Shown here: in pieces, positions 41,769-43,859 of the stretch | Layout of the letters: the number at the start of each line of letters is the position of its first letter | Position numbering within the stretch: position 1 is the stretch's first letter | Assembly (NCBI GenBank): GCA_937870775.1 | Contig: CALMZU010000206.1 | Span: 1 to 43,859, forward strand | Direction of reading: 5' to 3' | DNA length: 43,859 nt | Origin: an uncultured Elusimicrobia bacterium | GTDB taxonomy: Bacteria; Elusimicrobiota; Elusimicrobia; Elusimicrobiales; UBA9959 | Made by a program: the position numbers and the translations under genes | Notes under the pieces: generated by a model | Database searches by the model: none | What the model saw: only the letters and a program-made list of their open reading frames with translations | Told to the model about the DNA's origin: nothing

Positions 41769-43723
41769 TGGCGCCCCTGATAGAGATAAAGGAGGTCTCC
41801 AAGACCTACTCCATCGGCGCCTTCCGCGTCGAGGCGCTCAAGCGCGTCTCCATATCCGTGGAACCCGGCGAGTTCGTGTCCCTCGTCGGCCCGTCCGGTT
41901 CCGGCAAGAGCACGCTGCTGCACATCATGGGCTTCCTGGACAGGCCCGACTCGGGCGAGTACTGCTTCGCCGGCCACCCTACGGCCAGCCTCGGCGAGGG
42001 CCGCCTGGCCGCGATACGCAGCCGCATGGTCGGCTTCATCTTCCAGTCCTTCCACCTGCTCAAGCGCACCACGGCCAGGGACAACGTGCTGCTGCCCATG
42101 GTCTACACCGGCCTCGGCGCGGACTCGCAGAAGGCGCTGGAGTGCCTGCGCATCGTGGGCCTCTCCGACCGCGTGAAGCACAAGTCCAACGAGCTCTCCG
42201 GCGGCCAGTGCCAGCGCGTGGCCATAGCCCGCTCGCTGGTCAACGACCCGCTGGTGATCATGGCCGACGAGCCCACAGGCAACCTGGACGCCGTGAGCCG
42301 CGCCGAGGTGATGCAGGTGCTGAAGGACCTGAACGCCCGCGGCCTTACGGTGGTGATAGTGACCCACGACGACGAGATCTCCGCGATGACGGACCGCGTG
42401 GTGCGCCTGAAGGACGGCGTGATAGTTTCCGACGAGCGGCGGCGCTCCCCGCGCCCGGCCGCCGCCGCGGCCTCGGCCCTGCCGCAGGCGCGCCTCGGCT
42501 TCTCCCCCTCGGAGTTCTGGGAACAGCTGAAGGTCGCTTTCAAATCCATCTGGAGCCACAAGATGCGCAGCGCGCTCACGGTGCTGGGCATACTGATAGG
42601 CGTCGGCGCCATAATCTCGCTGATGACCATCAGCGAGGGCTTCATGAAGAACATGCTGATGAACACCAGCGCCGACGACGCGAAGAAGGTGTACGTGACG
42701 CCGCGCTACAGCCGCGGCAGGAACCCGCGCCAGCTGGCCATGTCCGACGTGGAGGCCATCAGGGCCGGCGTACCGCTGGCGGAGAACGTCTCGCCGATGC
42801 TTAGCCGCACGCTGACCGTGTCGGCCGGGGACAAGCACGTCAGCACGACGATAAACAGCGACGAGGGCTACGAGACCGGGCGGCAGCTGGCGGACCGCAA
42901 GTTCTTCAAGAACAGCGGGGTGCAGGGCCGCTTCTTCACCCCCGCCGAGAACCTCTCGCGCGCCCGCCTCGCCGTGATAAACCAGACGCTGGCGAAGCGC
43001 CTGTTCGAGGACGGCGACGCCGTAGGCGGCGAACTGCGGATAAACGGCATAGCTTTCACCGTGGTAGGCGTGGCCGAGGACATCAAGGCGGAAAGCCTCT
43101 TCGGCGGGCGCCCGACGGCGTACATACCGTTCAATACGGCGGCCAAGCGCGTCTTCGGCACCACCCGGCTCACCTATATAGAGGTGGCCGCGCGCAGCCC
43201 GGAGGAGGCACCCGAGACCCGCACGCAGATCCTGACCGCGCTGCGCGCGGCGCACGGCCTGCGCGAGGACGCGGACGACGACGTGGAGGTGAACACCTTC
43301 GAGGCCAGCATCAACATGTTCAAGTCGATGATGGGCAAGGTCTCGATGGTGGTCTATTCCATAGCGGGCATCTCGCTGCTGGTCGGCGGCATCGGCATCA
43401 TGAACATCATGCTGGTGAGCGTGACGGAGCGCACGCGCGAGATCGGCCTGAGGAAGGCCCTCGGCGCGCGCAACACCGACATACTGAGCCAGTTCCTGAT
43501 AGAGGCGGTGGCGCTGTGCGTGGTGGGCGGAGGGCTGGGGATTGGCCTGGGTCTCACGCTGGGCTGGGCTGCGTCCGTTTTCATAAAGGTGCAGCCGGAG
43601 CTGACCTTCCGCACCATAGCCTTCGCTTTCGGTTTCTCGACGGTGATCGGCGTGGCCTTCGGCTTCTGGCCGGCCCTGCGCGCCGCCATGCTGGACCCCA
43701 TCGAAGCCCTCCGCTACGAATAG
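41768..43723 (+). CDS. macB: MacB-type fused ABC ATPase / FtsX-fold permease
   Basis: N-terminal ATPase ([28 protein letters not shown]), then 4 TM helices with a large periplasmic domain and a C-terminal [17 protein letters not shown]. Confidence 0.9.
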   Translation: MAPLIEIKEVSKTYSIGAFRVEALKRVSISVEPGEFVSLVGPSGSGKSTLLHIMGFLDRPDSGEYCFAGHPTASLGEGRLAAIRSRMVGFIFQSFHLLKRTTARDNVLLPMVYTGLGADSQKALECLRIVGLSDRVKHKSNELSGGQCQRVAIARSLVNDPLVIMADEPTGNLDAVSRAEVMQVLKDLNARGLTVVIVTHDDEISAMTDRVVRLKDGVIVSDERRRSPRPAAAAASALPQARLGFSPSEFWEQLKVAFKSIWSHKMRSALTVLGILIGVGAIISLMTISEGFMKNMLMNTSADDAKKVYVTPRYSRGRNPRQLAMSDVEAIRAGVPLAENVSPMLSRTLTVSAGDKHVSTTINSDEGYETGRQLADRKFFKNSGVQGRFFTPAENLSRARLAVINQTLAKRLFEDGDAVGGELRINGIAFTVVGVAEDIKAESLFGGRPTAYIPFNTAAKRVFGTTRLTYIEVAARSPEEAPETRTQILTALRAAHGLREDADDDVEVNTFEASINMFKSMMGKVSMVVYSIAGISLLVGGIGIMNIMLVSVTERTREIGLRKALGARNTDILSQFLIEAVALCVVGGGLGIGLGLTLGWAASVFIKVQPELTFRTIAFAFGFSTVIGVAFGFWPALRAAMLDPIEALRYE

Positions 43724-43756
43724 GCTTTAACTCACCCGCGCGTTCGGCGACGGGGA

Positions 43757-43859
43757 GGAACGCAAAACACGGTGTCGCGAACTGGCCTATGGCCGTGCCG
43801 CATAAGGCGCTATGCGCATCAAGCGGCCACCGTGCTCTGCTCGTCACGGGGACCTGGCC
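43757..43859 (+). repeat. 103-bp structured repeat, copy B (runs into the window edge)
   Basis: See copy A. It begins 33 nt after the macB stop, and the window ends inside or at the edge of the element. Confidence 0.9.

Overview
High-GC (roughly 65%) bacterial chromosomal segment. It appears to come from a diderm anaerobe, since outer-membrane barrel, TolC, Lol and MacAB genes are all present. I call 40 protein-coding genes. I found no rRNA, tRNA, CRISPR array, transposase or integrase. From left to right: (1) the 3' end of aclA (ATP-citrate lyase alpha) with a clean terminator. (2) A small AT-rich islet with a leaderless wHTH-MNT/HEPN-like gene pair. (3) A YtrA-type GntR / ABC ATPase / 637-aa membrane protein operon behind a consensus promoter and a palindromic operator. 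(4) A run of about 30 kb (5847-36275) in which every gene is on the minus strand and many genes overlap by 1, 4 or 8 nt. This run holds rsgA; a SIS/HAD tail; histidine utilisation genes hutH-hutU-yajQ-hutI preceded by a DEDDh exonuclease, a DUF3307 membrane protein, a CHASE2 adenylate cyclase and an orphan histidine kinase; an ftcd/acyl-CoA dehydrogenase/etfB/ferredoxin-fused etfA operon; an exeA-like ATPase/PIG-L deacetylase/GT4 transferase/Ala-Glu epimerase/OM barrel operon; a secreted alpha-amylase; lolE-lolD-mcsA-mcsB; and a receiver-domain gene with lysS. (5) An orphan 229-aa gene, then ndk/alpha-beta hydrolase/murQ and tolC-macA-macB on the plus strand. I could not identify any named defence or mobile system beyond the MNT/HEPN pair. 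The features not explained by ordinary annotation are: a 103-bp structured repeat present twice in inverted orientation (95% identical), each copy just 3' of a gene; a consensus promoter that fires straight into a terminator upstream of ftcd (candidate sRNA or attenuator); signalling and nucleotide-binding genes interleaved with and translationally coupled to the hut genes; the tightly coupled envelope operon; and several apparently leaderless promoters. All calls come from reading the sequence and ORF translations by eye. No database search was run.
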